From NCBI RefSeq assembly GCF_025370725.1, contig NZ_JAMXEZ010000006.1: a stretch of DNA of 64,000 nt, one strand, 5' to 3'. The position numbers were made by a program, and so were the translations under genes. Source of the stretch: Laspinema olomoucense D3c. Its GTDB lineage: Bacteria > Cyanobacteriota > Cyanobacteriia > Cyanobacteriales > Laspinemataceae. Numbering within the stretch: the stretch's first letter is position 1; every line of letters begins with the position of its first letter. Below, in pieces: positions 44,756-54,383 of this stretch. The notes under the pieces were generated by a model. It was not told the DNA's origin. It saw only the letters and a program-made list of their open reading frames with translations, and searched no databases.

Positions 44756-47434
44756 TTATTCAATGGGTTGACACTCAGGCGATCGCAACCCGGGAAAAGA
44801 AACGCTTCCCTCGGGTATCGCCGCCATTAACTCAATTGTTCCTTGCGCATTCCGTCGCCAAGCAGTCGCTTCCTGGAGTGGGGAAGACGGATTTGTAGAG
44901 GAAGGGGTGCGACGGCGAGGAGGTTCAACGGTAACCGTTTCCCCCTCTAAATCTTGGAAAAAGTTGCGTAAATCATGCCAAATCGGTTGGGTTTGGAGGG
45001 GTTGAGTCGGGTCCGTGGGTAATCCTCCTCGTCCCGAAATGGTAAAAGAATTCTCATCGGATAAGGCACAACCCACAAAGTTATTATCCCTCGCTTGACC
45101 CAGCATTTCGGGTAATTCTACTAATCCCGTGGAGGGATTAACATCAGGGGTATTAATTGTGACACTGCCGCTAAACTCCGCCCCGAGTTCGGAGGTGGCG
45201 GTAATATCACTTTGTGGCGTGAGTTCTGTGCGAAAATTAGTCCCCAAGATGCCTTGGGCGGCGATCGCCACGCGACCCCCAAAACTGGCGCTGGAATTCG
45301 CTGTAATATCACTATTCTCTACGGCAACTAACGTATCTGTAGCGATCGCAATATTCCCTCCCGTCCCACTCCCACTGGCATTTGTGGTAATTCCCCCTTG
45401 GTTACGCAACCGAATATCCCGCGATTCAATAAAAATATTCGCTTGATCCCCTTGCACCGTTTCTGCGGCGATCGCAGCATTGTTAACCACAATCTGCCGC
45501 CCCACAATTTCAATATTCCCGGCGATTCCCGTCTTCTCACTACTGGCCGAAATGATGGCGCGATCGCCTAAAATTAACTGTCCCGTCTGCAAGCGCATCG
45601 TCCCCGCATTCCCCGTCTCTGTAGAAGCAGCAAAAATTCCTGTAGGAAATAGGATTCCAGACTCATCCGGGAAGAAAAATCCCCCCTCTATTGCCGGAAC
45701 TGCACCGGATAAAACAATCGCCTCAGTTGCCAAAATCTCCAAATTTCCCCCATCTCCAGCGCCAAATGTACCCACACTAATCTGTGCGCCATCCCGCAAA
45801 ATCAACCTCGGAGTTTCAATCCGTAAATTATCTCCATTCCCTTCTCCCAAAGTATCACTAAAAACAATCACCGGATTGCCAACGCGATCGACTCCCCCAA
45901 ATTCCATCACTTCCGTTGCCTGCAAAAGCACAGGACCGCCATCCCCCGCCTCAAAGGTGGTACTACCCACATTCGCCCCATTCAGAATCCGTAATACTGC
46001 CGTCTCAATCTCTAAACTTCCCGCATTTCCCATTGCCTCCGGGTCTACGGTACTTTCCGCCCCTGTGGGCCTTAGCACATCGTTACTGGAATTCAATCCA
46101 TCAAAAACCACCGACTCCAAGGCGCGAATTACCAGGGGTGCACCATTTCCCTGACCCCGGGTTCCCGTGATCATGCCTGCCCCATCTTTGACCAACACAG
46201 AACCCGCCTGAATCTCAATGCCGCCTGCATTTCCGACCCCTTCGGGTGCTACATCTGCCGAGGCGATGGTGATGAAATCTTCTCTCCCCTGTCCATCGAA
46301 TACCACGGACTCGCGGGCGGTAATTTGCAGTTTACCGCCATCCCCTTCCCCGGATGTGCTAGTAGAAATTATCGCACTTGTGGCGGAAAAGGTGGTAGTA
46401 TTCAAAGTGATGTTACCGCCATCGCCAACCCCGTTGGGTTGGACTTCATTGGCGATCGCACTCTCTCCAGTCAGCAGAATATTTCCCCGGGCGTCAATAT
46501 CGATATCTCCTGCTTGTACACCCGGTGTTCCTGACCCTGGCGCAATCCCCCCGCGAATCTCAGACTGCCCTGAAATCAGCAGATTCTCGACTTGAATGGC
46601 GATACTTCCACCCCCTGCACCGGCCACATCCACTCGCGCCCCATTCGTGAGATGGAGTGGCGATCGCTCGACGGTTTCCGGCAGTTTGAGTGCGTTTCCC
46701 CCTGGTAATTCCACGACTCCCGCCTCGGAGATTCCCCCCAAAGTCACAGTTCCACCGGGAACCCGTAATTGTCCCCCCTCCAGGGTAATCTCACCCCCAA
46801 CTAGGGTTAAAGTTTGATTCGGCAGCACAGTTAGAACCGAATCCCTCACAAAGATGCTCTCGGGATTGGGTCCATATTGTAACCCGATGGGGACATTAAT
46901 GCTCAAAATAGGGGATGAATCAGGATTGGTGGCGCTAAAGGCGCGATCGTCAGGAAATAACACACTGTGGGCGGTACTCCCGACAAAAGAACCGCCTAGA
47001 TTCAGGGTGGCATTCGGTCCGAAGGCAATGCCACTGGGATTAATTAAAAATAAATTCGCCCTGCCATTAGCGGCGATCGCCCCATCAATTTGGGACAGTT
47101 TGCCTCCGGTAATGCGAGTAATAATATTAGCGATAGTGGTGGAATTATTAAAAAGTGCAGCAGTTCCCGTCGGGATAGAAAATTCCTGGAAACTATGGAA
47201 CAAATTACTACCGGCAGCAGTTCCCCCCTCAATCGTGAGGGTATTGCCGTTGATCTGAACCCCCGAAGGATTCGGAAGGGTATTATCCGGTATAACCTGC
47301 GCCTGGAGGGATTTGTGTCCTAAACCTCCGTCCAAAAATAGCAAGGCACTCATCAAGCTAAAAATAGATAGATAATAATGACCCCAATACATCACGGTTT
47401 GGCAACTCCTGACTCTACTATTTTTCTTGATCAT
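44756..47434 (-). CDS. Two-partner-secretion exoprotein (TpsA) with a filamentous-hemagglutinin-type N-terminal TPS domain and a long beta-helical repeat region. Start uncertain; possibly the internal Met MYWGHYY...
   Basis: 892 aa. Signal-like N-terminus, TPS-domain motifs (NTLPNPSGVQINGNT, FHSFQEFSI, LFLINPSGIAFG), then Gly/Asn/Thr-rich beta-helix repeats. Confidence 0.75.
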   Translation of the reverse strand: MIKKNSRVRSCQTVMYWGHYYLSIFSLMSALLFLDGGLGHKSLQAQVIPDNTLPNPSGVQINGNTLTIEGGTAAGSNLFHSFQEFSIPTGTAALFNNSTTIANIITRITGGKLSQIDGAIAANGRANLFLINPSGIAFGPNATLNLGGSFVGSTAHSVLFPDDRAFSATNPDSSPILSINVPIGLQYGPNPESIFVRDSVLTVLPNQTLTLVGGEITLEGGQLRVPGGTVTLGGISEAGVVELPGGNALKLPETVERSPLHLTNGARVDVAGAGGGSIAIQVENLLISGQSEIRGGIAPGSGTPGVQAGDIDIDARGNILLTGESAIANEVQPNGVGDGGNITLNTTTFSATSAIISTSTSGEGDGGKLQITARESVVFDGQGREDFITIASADVAPEGVGNAGGIEIQAGSVLVKDGAGMITGTRGQGNGAPLVIRALESVVFDGLNSSNDVLRPTGAESTVDPEAMGNAGSLEIETAVLRILNGANVGSTTFEAGDGGPVLLQATEVMEFGGVDRVGNPVIVFSDTLGEGNGDNLRIETPRLILRDGAQISVGTFGAGDGGNLEILATEAIVLSGAVPAIEGGFFFPDESGILFPTGIFAASTETGNAGTMRLQTGQLILGDRAIISASSEKTGIAGNIEIVGRQIVVNNAAIAAETVQGDQANIFIESRDIRLRNQGGITTNASGSGTGGNIAIATDTLVAVENSDITANSSASFGGRVAIAAQGILGTNFRTELTPQSDITATSELGAEFSGSVTINTPDVNPSTGLVELPEMLGQARDNNFVGCALSDENSFTISGRGGLPTDPTQPLQTQPIWHDLRNFFQDLEGETVTVEPPRRRTPSSTNPSSPLQEATAWRRNAQGTIELMAAIPEGSVSFPGLRSPECQPIE

Positions 47435-47808
47435 TACAGAAACTCCAGGTTAATCCCGGATAGGCGGCACTTCGGTGAAAGCAGAGGGGGCGTTTCTATG
47501 ATTTATCCCAGAGTTGTAGAGCATTTTCTGCGGGCGATCGGTCCTATTAATTAAAGGGAATAATGGCGATCGCCTAGAGTAAGGGTTTTGTCATTCTCCC
47601 TTGAACTCGGATTTCCCCTCACCTATCTCAGTCGGGTATCCGGCGCGACTCTTCCCCAGGACAGATGTCAGTTCTTACTCTCGTATTATAGCGTGGAATG
47701 CGTATTCCAAAAACCGCCGTACCCGTTATCACGGAATCCGGGCAGTTCTTGAGGTTTACTCTTTTATATTAAGGGGTCGATCTACCTGCTTAAATCGGTA
47801 GAATCCAA

Positions 47809-49065
47809 TTGACTGAGGTTTTAGAGTTGATGATTAACTTAACCCATATTCTCACCCTCCTATCCATCGTGAGTCTGATCGGGGTCGCCAGTTGTACCGC
47901 CCCCTCCGGCGCATTGCTAGAAAATAGCACCACCGGACCCGGAAACCGGCCCCAGGAACAGGCCCAAGGGGTTTCCGCCCCCAGTGGCGAGGCCGCTTGC
48001 ATCCTGGTAGAAAATGGGTTTGGTCCTCAAGGGCAAGTCAATGTTCGGGCAGAAGAGGTGGTAAATGGGCTCGATGTTCCCTGGGGGATTGGGTTTTTGC
48101 CCAATGGGGATATGCTGGTAACGGAACGACCCGGACGGGTGCGATTGGTCCAAAACGGTCAACTGCGGCCCGAAGCAATCGCCAATATTACCGTTACGGC
48201 GCGGGGTGAGGGGGGACTGCTGGGAATTGCCATCCATCCGGATTTTGCCACTAATCGATTCTTTTATATTTATTATACTGCCGATACGACCAATGACTCA
48301 TCAGTCAACCGGGTTGAACGATGGCAACTTGCCGCAGATGGGTTAAATGCCAGTCGCGATCGCGTGATATTGGACAATATTCCCGTCGCACAATACCACA
48401 ATGGCGGACGGATTCGCTTTGGACCCGATGGAATGCTGTATATTGGCACAGGAGATGCCCGCGAACCCGACTTATCCCAAGATGTCAGCAGTCTCGCCGG
48501 TAAAATTCTCCGGGTCACCCCCGAGGGCGATGTACCCCCGGATAATCCATTTCCGGGTAATCCGGTCTATATTCTGGGTATTCGCAATACTCAAGGATTT
48601 GATTGGGTGAATGAGACAACGTTGCAAGTCACGGATCATGGACCCAGTGGGGAATTAGGCAGACGAGGCCATGATAAACTGAGTGTCGCACAAGCGGGGG
48701 ATAATCTGGGGTGGCCGACCCTGGAACGCTGTGAATCACAGACGGGATTAGTCACCCCTTCTCTCGTCTGGCGAGAGGCATTACCTCCGGGAGGTGCGGC
48801 TATTTATACAGGAACGGCGATTCCGGAATGGCAAGGGAATTTAATCATTGCTTCTCTGCGATCGGAACATTTGCAGCGGGTGGTTTTTGACCCGCAATCT
48901 CCCCAACAAGTGCAACAGCATGAAGTGTATTTGCAAGGGGAGTACGGACGACTCCGAGAGGCGATAATTGGACCCGATGGTGAACTTTATGTCACCACCA
49001 GCAATTGTGATGGTCGCGGCGGTTGTCCCTCAGATGGGGATAAAATTCTTCGGATCACTCGCTAA
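47809..49065 (+). CDS. PQQ-dependent soluble aldose sugar dehydrogenase (YliI/Asd-like beta-propeller), lipoprotein-type signal
   Basis: 418 aa. Signal peptide with a lipobox-like LIGVASC, and motifs PWGIGFLPNGDMLVTERPGRVRLV and HNGGRIRFGPDGMLYIGTGD. Confidence 0.75.
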   Translation: MTEVLELMINLTHILTLLSIVSLIGVASCTAPSGALLENSTTGPGNRPQEQAQGVSAPSGEAACILVENGFGPQGQVNVRAEEVVNGLDVPWGIGFLPNGDMLVTERPGRVRLVQNGQLRPEAIANITVTARGEGGLLGIAIHPDFATNRFFYIYYTADTTNDSSVNRVERWQLAADGLNASRDRVILDNIPVAQYHNGGRIRFGPDGMLYIGTGDAREPDLSQDVSSLAGKILRVTPEGDVPPDNPFPGNPVYILGIRNTQGFDWVNETTLQVTDHGPSGELGRRGHDKLSVAQAGDNLGWPTLERCESQTGLVTPSLVWREALPPGGAAIYTGTAIPEWQGNLIIASLRSEHLQRVVFDPQSPQQVQQHEVYLQGEYGRLREAIIGPDGELYVTTSNCDGRGGCPSDGDKILRITR

Positions 49066-49102
49066 AGTTTAATCAGATTCATCAATTAGAGATTCTATTA
49101 CC

Positions 49103-49870
49103 ATGACACATAAGAAAAAATGGCGTTTTGGTTCAGTTTTGATGGGATTTATAGCTGTATTTCTGCTAATTGCTTGTCAGGGAATGAGCCAAACAAACCT
49201 GTCTCAAACTCCACCAACGACCACCACTCCTGGAAACGAAGTGAGGGCTTCTCCGGCTGAATTACCCCCATTGCCTTACCCCTATAATGCCCTAGAACCC
49301 CATATTGATGCTCAGACGATGGAGTTACATCATGATAAGCATCATGCCAGTTACGTTAGTAATTTAAACAAGGCATTAGAAAATAATTCCAATTTGCAAA
49401 ACCAAAGCGTTGAGGCATTAATTCGCAATTTAAATCAGGTCCCAGAAAATATCCGCACAGCCGTTAGAAATAATGGCGGAGGTCACGTCAATCATTCCAT
49501 GTTTTGGGAAATTATGAGTCCCAATGGCGGGGGAGAACCCACCGGCGCGATCGCTCAAGCCATTAACGAAACTTTTGGCAGTTTTAAGACCTTCCAAGAG
49601 CAATTTAATCAAGCAGGAACCAGTCAATTTGGCAGTGGGTGGGTTTGGTTAGTTCGCAATGCTCAAGGCCAACTAGAAATTACCAGTACCCCGAATCAAG
49701 ATAGTCCCCTCATGAATGGACAATATCCCATCATGGGGAATGATGTCTGGGAACACGCCTATTACTTGAACTACCAAAATCAGCGGGGGGAATATTTAAA
49801 AAATTGGTGGAATGTCGTCAATTGGGAAGAAGTGAACCGACGCTTTGAACGCGCTTCTCAAGCTAGTTAA
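49103..49870 (+). CDS. sodA: Fe/Mn-family superoxide dismutase with an N-terminal membrane anchor/signal (likely MnSOD)
   Basis: 255 aa. N-terminal hydrophobic segment then an SOD fold: [44 protein letters not shown]. The anchored N-terminus resembles cyanobacterial membrane-bound MnSOD. Confidence 0.8.
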   Translation: MTHKKKWRFGSVLMGFIAVFLLIACQGMSQTNLSQTPPTTTTPGNEVRASPAELPPLPYPYNALEPHIDAQTMELHHDKHHASYVSNLNKALENNSNLQNQSVEALIRNLNQVPENIRTAVRNNGGGHVNHSMFWEIMSPNGGGEPTGAIAQAINETFGSFKTFQEQFNQAGTSQFGSGWVWLVRNAQGQLEITSTPNQDSPLMNGQYPIMGNDVWEHAYYLNYQNQRGEYLKNWWNVVNWEEVNRRFERASQAS

Positions 49871-50041
49871 TTCCTTAACCCCCTCTCTCTCAAACCCAAG
49901 GATTTTAACGGTTGTGTTAGCAACTCGATAGAGTGGGTCAGTAATTTTAAAACCTAACACATCCATTCCATTCCAGCGGTTCAGTGGTAATGCGCTGAAC
50001 CCTCATCCGGTTCCCTCGTTTATAACTTACCTAATTTTAAC

Positions 50042-52213
50042 ATGAAAGTCACTGTAGAACCTCCTTTTTTAACCATTAATCATGGCAGCATATTTATGGT
50101 GTCCGAACTGGACGGACAAATTCAATGCGACAAGTTTCAAGGAATTTTTGCTGATGATACCCGGTTTTTAAGTGAATATGCCTGTTTTATAGACAATACG
50201 TCCTGGATGCGGCTCACCTCGTCAGTCACGCGCTATTACGCCAGCAAAATTTATTTAACTAATCCCGCCATTTCCAGCCAAAATGGAGAAATTGCTAAAG
50301 GCGCGCTATCCTTAACCATCGCTCGGACTGCCGAACATGGAATTCATGAAGACCTAGATATTACCAATCATAGCCTCAAAGCCGTAAAGTTTCATTTGGA
50401 TTTAGAGATTAATTCCGACTTTGCGGATATTTTTGAAGTCCAATCCGGGGAATTCGTGCGCCGAGGTCAAATTGAAACCGACTGGGATAAAAAAGAGTAT
50501 AAACTTCGCCATACCTATAATAATGGAGATTTTTATCGATGCATGATCGCCCATTGGGATAACCTGACATCACCCCCGCATTATGCGAATGGTCGAGTTA
50601 CCTTTCAAATTGAATTAGAAGCGGGTGCAAGTTGGCACGCTTGCTGTTGCTATACCCTGATTGATAACGAACACTGCCACAAACCCATTTCTTTGTGCTA
50701 TGACGAAGCCATTAAATCCGATGTAAATACCGAATTGCAACAGTTGCAGCGGCAGTGGCAGGATGTCTGCACAACGATCGCCACCTCAAACGAGGATCTC
50801 AAGCGACTGTACTGCCAGAGTCTCGAAGACATGAGTGCGATGCGCCTCTATGACTACGATATGGCTCCCGATGTGTGGCTACCCGCAGCAGGAGTTCCCA
50901 AATATGTGGCGCTATTTGGTCGCGATAGCTTAACTGCCAGCTTGCAAAATCAGATTATTCATCCCGGGTTTGCCCGAGGTGCACTCCAAAAATTAGGGCA
51001 GTTTCAAGCGAAGGAATATAGTGACTGGCAGGATGCACAACCGGGAAAAATCCTCCATGAACTGCGTCAGGGGGAGTTGGTTTACTTGAAAAAAAGTCCG
51101 CGATCGCCTTATTATGGGGCTGCCGATACCACCCCTCTCTATACAATTGTCCTCCACGAAACTTGGAAATGGTTAGGGGATGACTCTCTCTTAAAAAATT
51201 ACCGCGATGTCGCCCTCCGCTGTTTGGACTGGATCGATCGCTATGGTGATCTGGACAAAGATGGCTTCCAGGAATATCAAGTGCGCTCAGAAAAAGGCAT
51301 CGAAAACCAATGCTGGAAAGACTCCGGAGATTCAATCGTCTATCCCGATGGATCACAAGTCAAATCCCCAAAAGCCCTGTGCGAACTCCAAGGCTATGTC
51401 TTTGATGCTTGGATGCGAATGGCAGAAGTCTTTGAGGCACTCGGTGAGAAGGATAGCGCCACCGAATTACAAGGTAAAGCCGAAAAACTGCGCGTGCAAT
51501 TTGAAGAACGCTTTTGGTGTGAAGACTTGGGATTTTATGCCTTAACCCTAGATCCAGATAAACAGCCGGTAGGCTCGATCGCCTCAAATCCGGGTCATTG
51601 CCTCTGGAGTGGCATCGTCAGCCCAGAACGCGCTCAACGGGTGGTTAAACGGCTGCTAGAACCCGATATGTCCAGTGGTTGGGGAATTCGCACCTTGTCC
51701 TCAAATCATCCCTCTTTTAACCCCTTTTCCTATCATCTCGGGTCCGTCTGGCCCCATGATAACGGCATCATTGCCCTCGGCTTCAAACGCTATGGCTCCC
51801 ATGAAGCCGTTGCAAGCGTAGCAGCGGATATTTTCGAGACAGCCAGCCATTTCGCCTGCTATCAGATTCCCGAAGTCTATGCCGGAACAAAGCGCCAGAT
51901 AGGAGCATTTCCCGTCCCCTATATTGAAGCAAATATACCCCAAGCTTGGGCCGCCGGTTCCGTCTTTCACCTAATCCAGGCCCTATTGGGATTACAAGCG
52001 AATGCACCCCACGGCTGCTTATATGTTGATCCCTATTTGCCCGATTGGTTACCGGACTTGACCCTGTGCGGTTTAGAGGTGGGAGATTCCTCCATAGACT
52101 TACGGTTTTGGCGCGAAGGCGATCGCACTTGCTGGGATGCCTCGGTCCGTAGTGGCACCATTTCGGTCCAGCAAAAAGCATGGCAACCTTGGGCGATCCC
52201 TGTATCGGTATAG
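50042..52213 (+). CDS. Amylo-alpha-1,6-glucosidase / glycogen-debranching-enzyme-family protein (GDE_N plus GDE_C six-hairpin glycosidase)
   Basis: 723 aa. N-terminal motif typical of the cyanobacterial family (LTINHGSIFMVSELDGQI...GIFADDTRFLS) and a C-terminal (alpha/alpha)6 region. Confidence 0.7.
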   Translation: MKVTVEPPFLTINHGSIFMVSELDGQIQCDKFQGIFADDTRFLSEYACFIDNTSWMRLTSSVTRYYASKIYLTNPAISSQNGEIAKGALSLTIARTAEHGIHEDLDITNHSLKAVKFHLDLEINSDFADIFEVQSGEFVRRGQIETDWDKKEYKLRHTYNNGDFYRCMIAHWDNLTSPPHYANGRVTFQIELEAGASWHACCCYTLIDNEHCHKPISLCYDEAIKSDVNTELQQLQRQWQDVCTTIATSNEDLKRLYCQSLEDMSAMRLYDYDMAPDVWLPAAGVPKYVALFGRDSLTASLQNQIIHPGFARGALQKLGQFQAKEYSDWQDAQPGKILHELRQGELVYLKKSPRSPYYGAADTTPLYTIVLHETWKWLGDDSLLKNYRDVALRCLDWIDRYGDLDKDGFQEYQVRSEKGIENQCWKDSGDSIVYPDGSQVKSPKALCELQGYVFDAWMRMAEVFEALGEKDSATELQGKAEKLRVQFEERFWCEDLGFYALTLDPDKQPVGSIASNPGHCLWSGIVSPERAQRVVKRLLEPDMSSGWGIRTLSSNHPSFNPFSYHLGSVWPHDNGIIALGFKRYGSHEAVASVAADIFETASHFACYQIPEVYAGTKRQIGAFPVPYIEANIPQAWAAGSVFHLIQALLGLQANAPHGCLYVDPYLPDWLPDLTLCGLEVGDSSIDLRFWREGDRTCWDASVRSGTISVQQKAWQPWAIPVSV

Positions 52214-52352
52214 TCATCCCAACTCCTAAGCTAGATCAACCCCAGGCGGAAAACCTGTGGGTTGATTAGCTATCTTAATCGTCTCTGTCCAGTTCTAAAA
52301 CTTAGTATAAAATATCGCCCTTGAAGTGCGCCCATCCTCAATTAATCGCACT

Positions 52353-52991
52353 TTACAGAATTTCTTCACCGCCACATAACGACAAAATTGTATTAATAAA
52401 AGCCTTGAGTTCTGAACAAACCTCGATAGACTCCATCAAATCGTTTTCCTCTAAAATCTTTAAACCATCCCGAGTTTTACTATAACTTCTGGGGGATTTG
52501 CCTTGCTCAAAAATTTCTTGAATATGTTTCGAGGGCGGTTTCTGATGATTCACTTTCTCCGGATTGCCGCTAGGAACAGATTTATTATGTTTGGCTAACT
52601 TTTGAATGGTCGGCCAAAACAGTAACAGCCATGCCTCAAAATCATGTTGTGCAGCGTGGGGATAAAAGTTCGGATTGTTTCCTACCCATTCTTTCATTTT
52701 TTGTTTAGCATCGGCTGCATTTTTAAAATCCTCGGTTCCAGTATAAACGTCGGTTAAGGCAATCACTGCATCATAAGCATCCTTGCCACTCAGCAGCTTT
52801 TCTACGTCACTTTTAAGTTTGTCTTTTTTCGGAATCCGTCCATGATAAGGTTTTGGCTGTAATTTAGGCATTTTTCCGGGTAAACGGGAATTCAGAAAGC
52901 GCCGCAAACTCGGTATCAAGGCTTTTTCAGTTGCGCCTTCAACTAAAATAGCAATTTTCACGATCGCCCTCCGATGATATTCATCGCCCAC
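52353..52991 (-). CDS. DUF4276/RloB-like Toprim-domain protein (putative nuclease partner of the upstream ATPase)
   Basis: 212 aa. Toprim-like signature: conserved Glu in IAILVEGATE near the N-terminus and an Asp cluster DAYDAVIALTDVY. Its start overlaps the ATPase gene end by 34 nt. Confidence 0.6.
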   Translation of the reverse strand: MGDEYHRRAIVKIAILVEGATEKALIPSLRRFLNSRLPGKMPKLQPKPYHGRIPKKDKLKSDVEKLLSGKDAYDAVIALTDVYTGTEDFKNAADAKQKMKEWVGNNPNFYPHAAQHDFEAWLLLFWPTIQKLAKHNKSVPSGNPEKVNHQKPPSKHIQEIFEQGKSPRSYSKTRDGLKILEENDLMESIEVCSELKAFINTILSLCGGEEIL

Positions 52992-54103
52992 AGTTCATCT
53001 AAACTATACTCTTCCAACCATTTCTCTAAATCTAAAGAATCCGCCCAAGTCATGGTTGTGAAACCCTCTTCATCTGCATCGCATACCAGCACTTCGTCTG
53101 GTTGCAAAAATCGGATCAGGCGATCAGAATGGGTGGCAACAATCAGTTGAGTTCGTTTCGATGCCTCTCGCATCACATCCACCAGCAATCGCAACAATTC
53201 CGGATGCAAGCTGACTTCCGGTTCATCGATAAGCGTTACAGCAGTTAAATTCGGACTTTGCAGTAGGGTGACTAACCACAAAAACCGCACCGTCCCCTCG
53301 GAAAGTTGATGCATATAAAGGGGATGCGAAAAATTTTTCTCCTTCCAAGTCAATGCCAATGTGCCTGCTGCTACTGGGGGAAAACTCAAGCGTTCAAAAC
53401 TAGGAAAGGCAGCAGACAAAGTATCGCTTATCAGTTCAAATCGATCCGGGTCTGTTTCCCGTAAATTATAAAGGCAGGAAACTAAATCTTCCCCCCGATT
53501 TCCGGGTAAAGTTGCGGGACGCATCGCTTGCGGTAATCGCACGGGACTGGTAGGCGATAAATTCAATTCCCAAGCTCGATAAAAGCTACAGGAGGCTAAT
53601 TGCTTCCGCACCGCTTCCGCTTCTTGGTACATTTTAGGAACTTGTGAAAGGGAGGTTTCTAACGGATTATGTTCCCAATTTGGACGGACCGGAACCTGAT
53701 TGTTATTAGCAAAATATTGAACATTTAAACCGCTGGAATTTATGTAAGTAAACAACAAAGGCGATCTAGTAAGAGATTCCTGCTCTATTTCATAAAATTG
53801 TTGGCCTTTAATGTCTAATTTTAAAAAATAGTTAAACTGTCCATATTTTTCTAAAAAAACTGATGGAACCACGCGAAAACTATCAGCCTGATCTCGCGTC
53901 AATATATCACCCAGCCCCCCAAATTCAGAAATTTTTGACTGTAACTGACCTTTTGCAGATTCTGATAAAAGGGAGAACATTTCCAAAAAAGATGTCTTCC
54001 CCACTCCGTTGGCCCCGATGATGACCGTTAAAGGTCTCATCTCGACTTGGACTGAGCGTAAGCGACGGAAACCGTAAATCTCTATTTTTTCAAAACCATT
54101 CAT
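52958..54103 (-). CDS. ABC-type AAA_21 family ATPase (OLD/RloA/AbiLi-like)
   Basis: 381 aa. Walker A GANGVGKTS at the N-terminus, ABC-signature/Walker B/D-loop near the C-terminus (LTLIDEPEVSLHPEL), H-loop ATHSD. Confidence 0.75.
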   Translation of the reverse strand: MNGFEKIEIYGFRRLRSVQVEMRPLTVIIGANGVGKTSFLEMFSLLSESAKGQLQSKISEFGGLGDILTRDQADSFRVVPSVFLEKYGQFNYFLKLDIKGQQFYEIEQESLTRSPLLFTYINSSGLNVQYFANNNQVPVRPNWEHNPLETSLSQVPKMYQEAEAVRKQLASCSFYRAWELNLSPTSPVRLPQAMRPATLPGNRGEDLVSCLYNLRETDPDRFELISDTLSAAFPSFERLSFPPVAAGTLALTWKEKNFSHPLYMHQLSEGTVRFLWLVTLLQSPNLTAVTLIDEPEVSLHPELLRLLVDVMREASKRTQLIVATHSDRLIRFLQPDEVLVCDADEEGFTTMTWADSLDLEKWLEEYSLDELWAMNIIGGRS

Positions 54104-54383
54104 AATAGGTTGGTTAGTGGGTCATGTTTAAGATCCCTTTTACATTTGCAAAATCTTACCACATTCATCGGGTTGTTGTAAAATTTTTATGTTTTTGTAA
54201 AGAGTGGCAGGAGGTTGACAAAATTTGGTCCGATTAATTTAGATGGTTAACCCCTTGATTTAGGCCCGATCGCCCCCTCCCTTACTATCTCCTCAATTCT
54301 CCCATACTGAATACCAAATCTCTGTACCTCTCTAGTGAAAATTCACTCTACAATTATAAGAAACCTATAGAACGATCGCAGAA

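Noticed and set aside
45129-47323. ORFs of 70-224 aa antisense to the TPS exoprotein gene (Pro/Ser-rich translations)
   Set aside because: They are a reverse-frame artefact of the Gly/Asn/Thr-rich beta-helix repeats.
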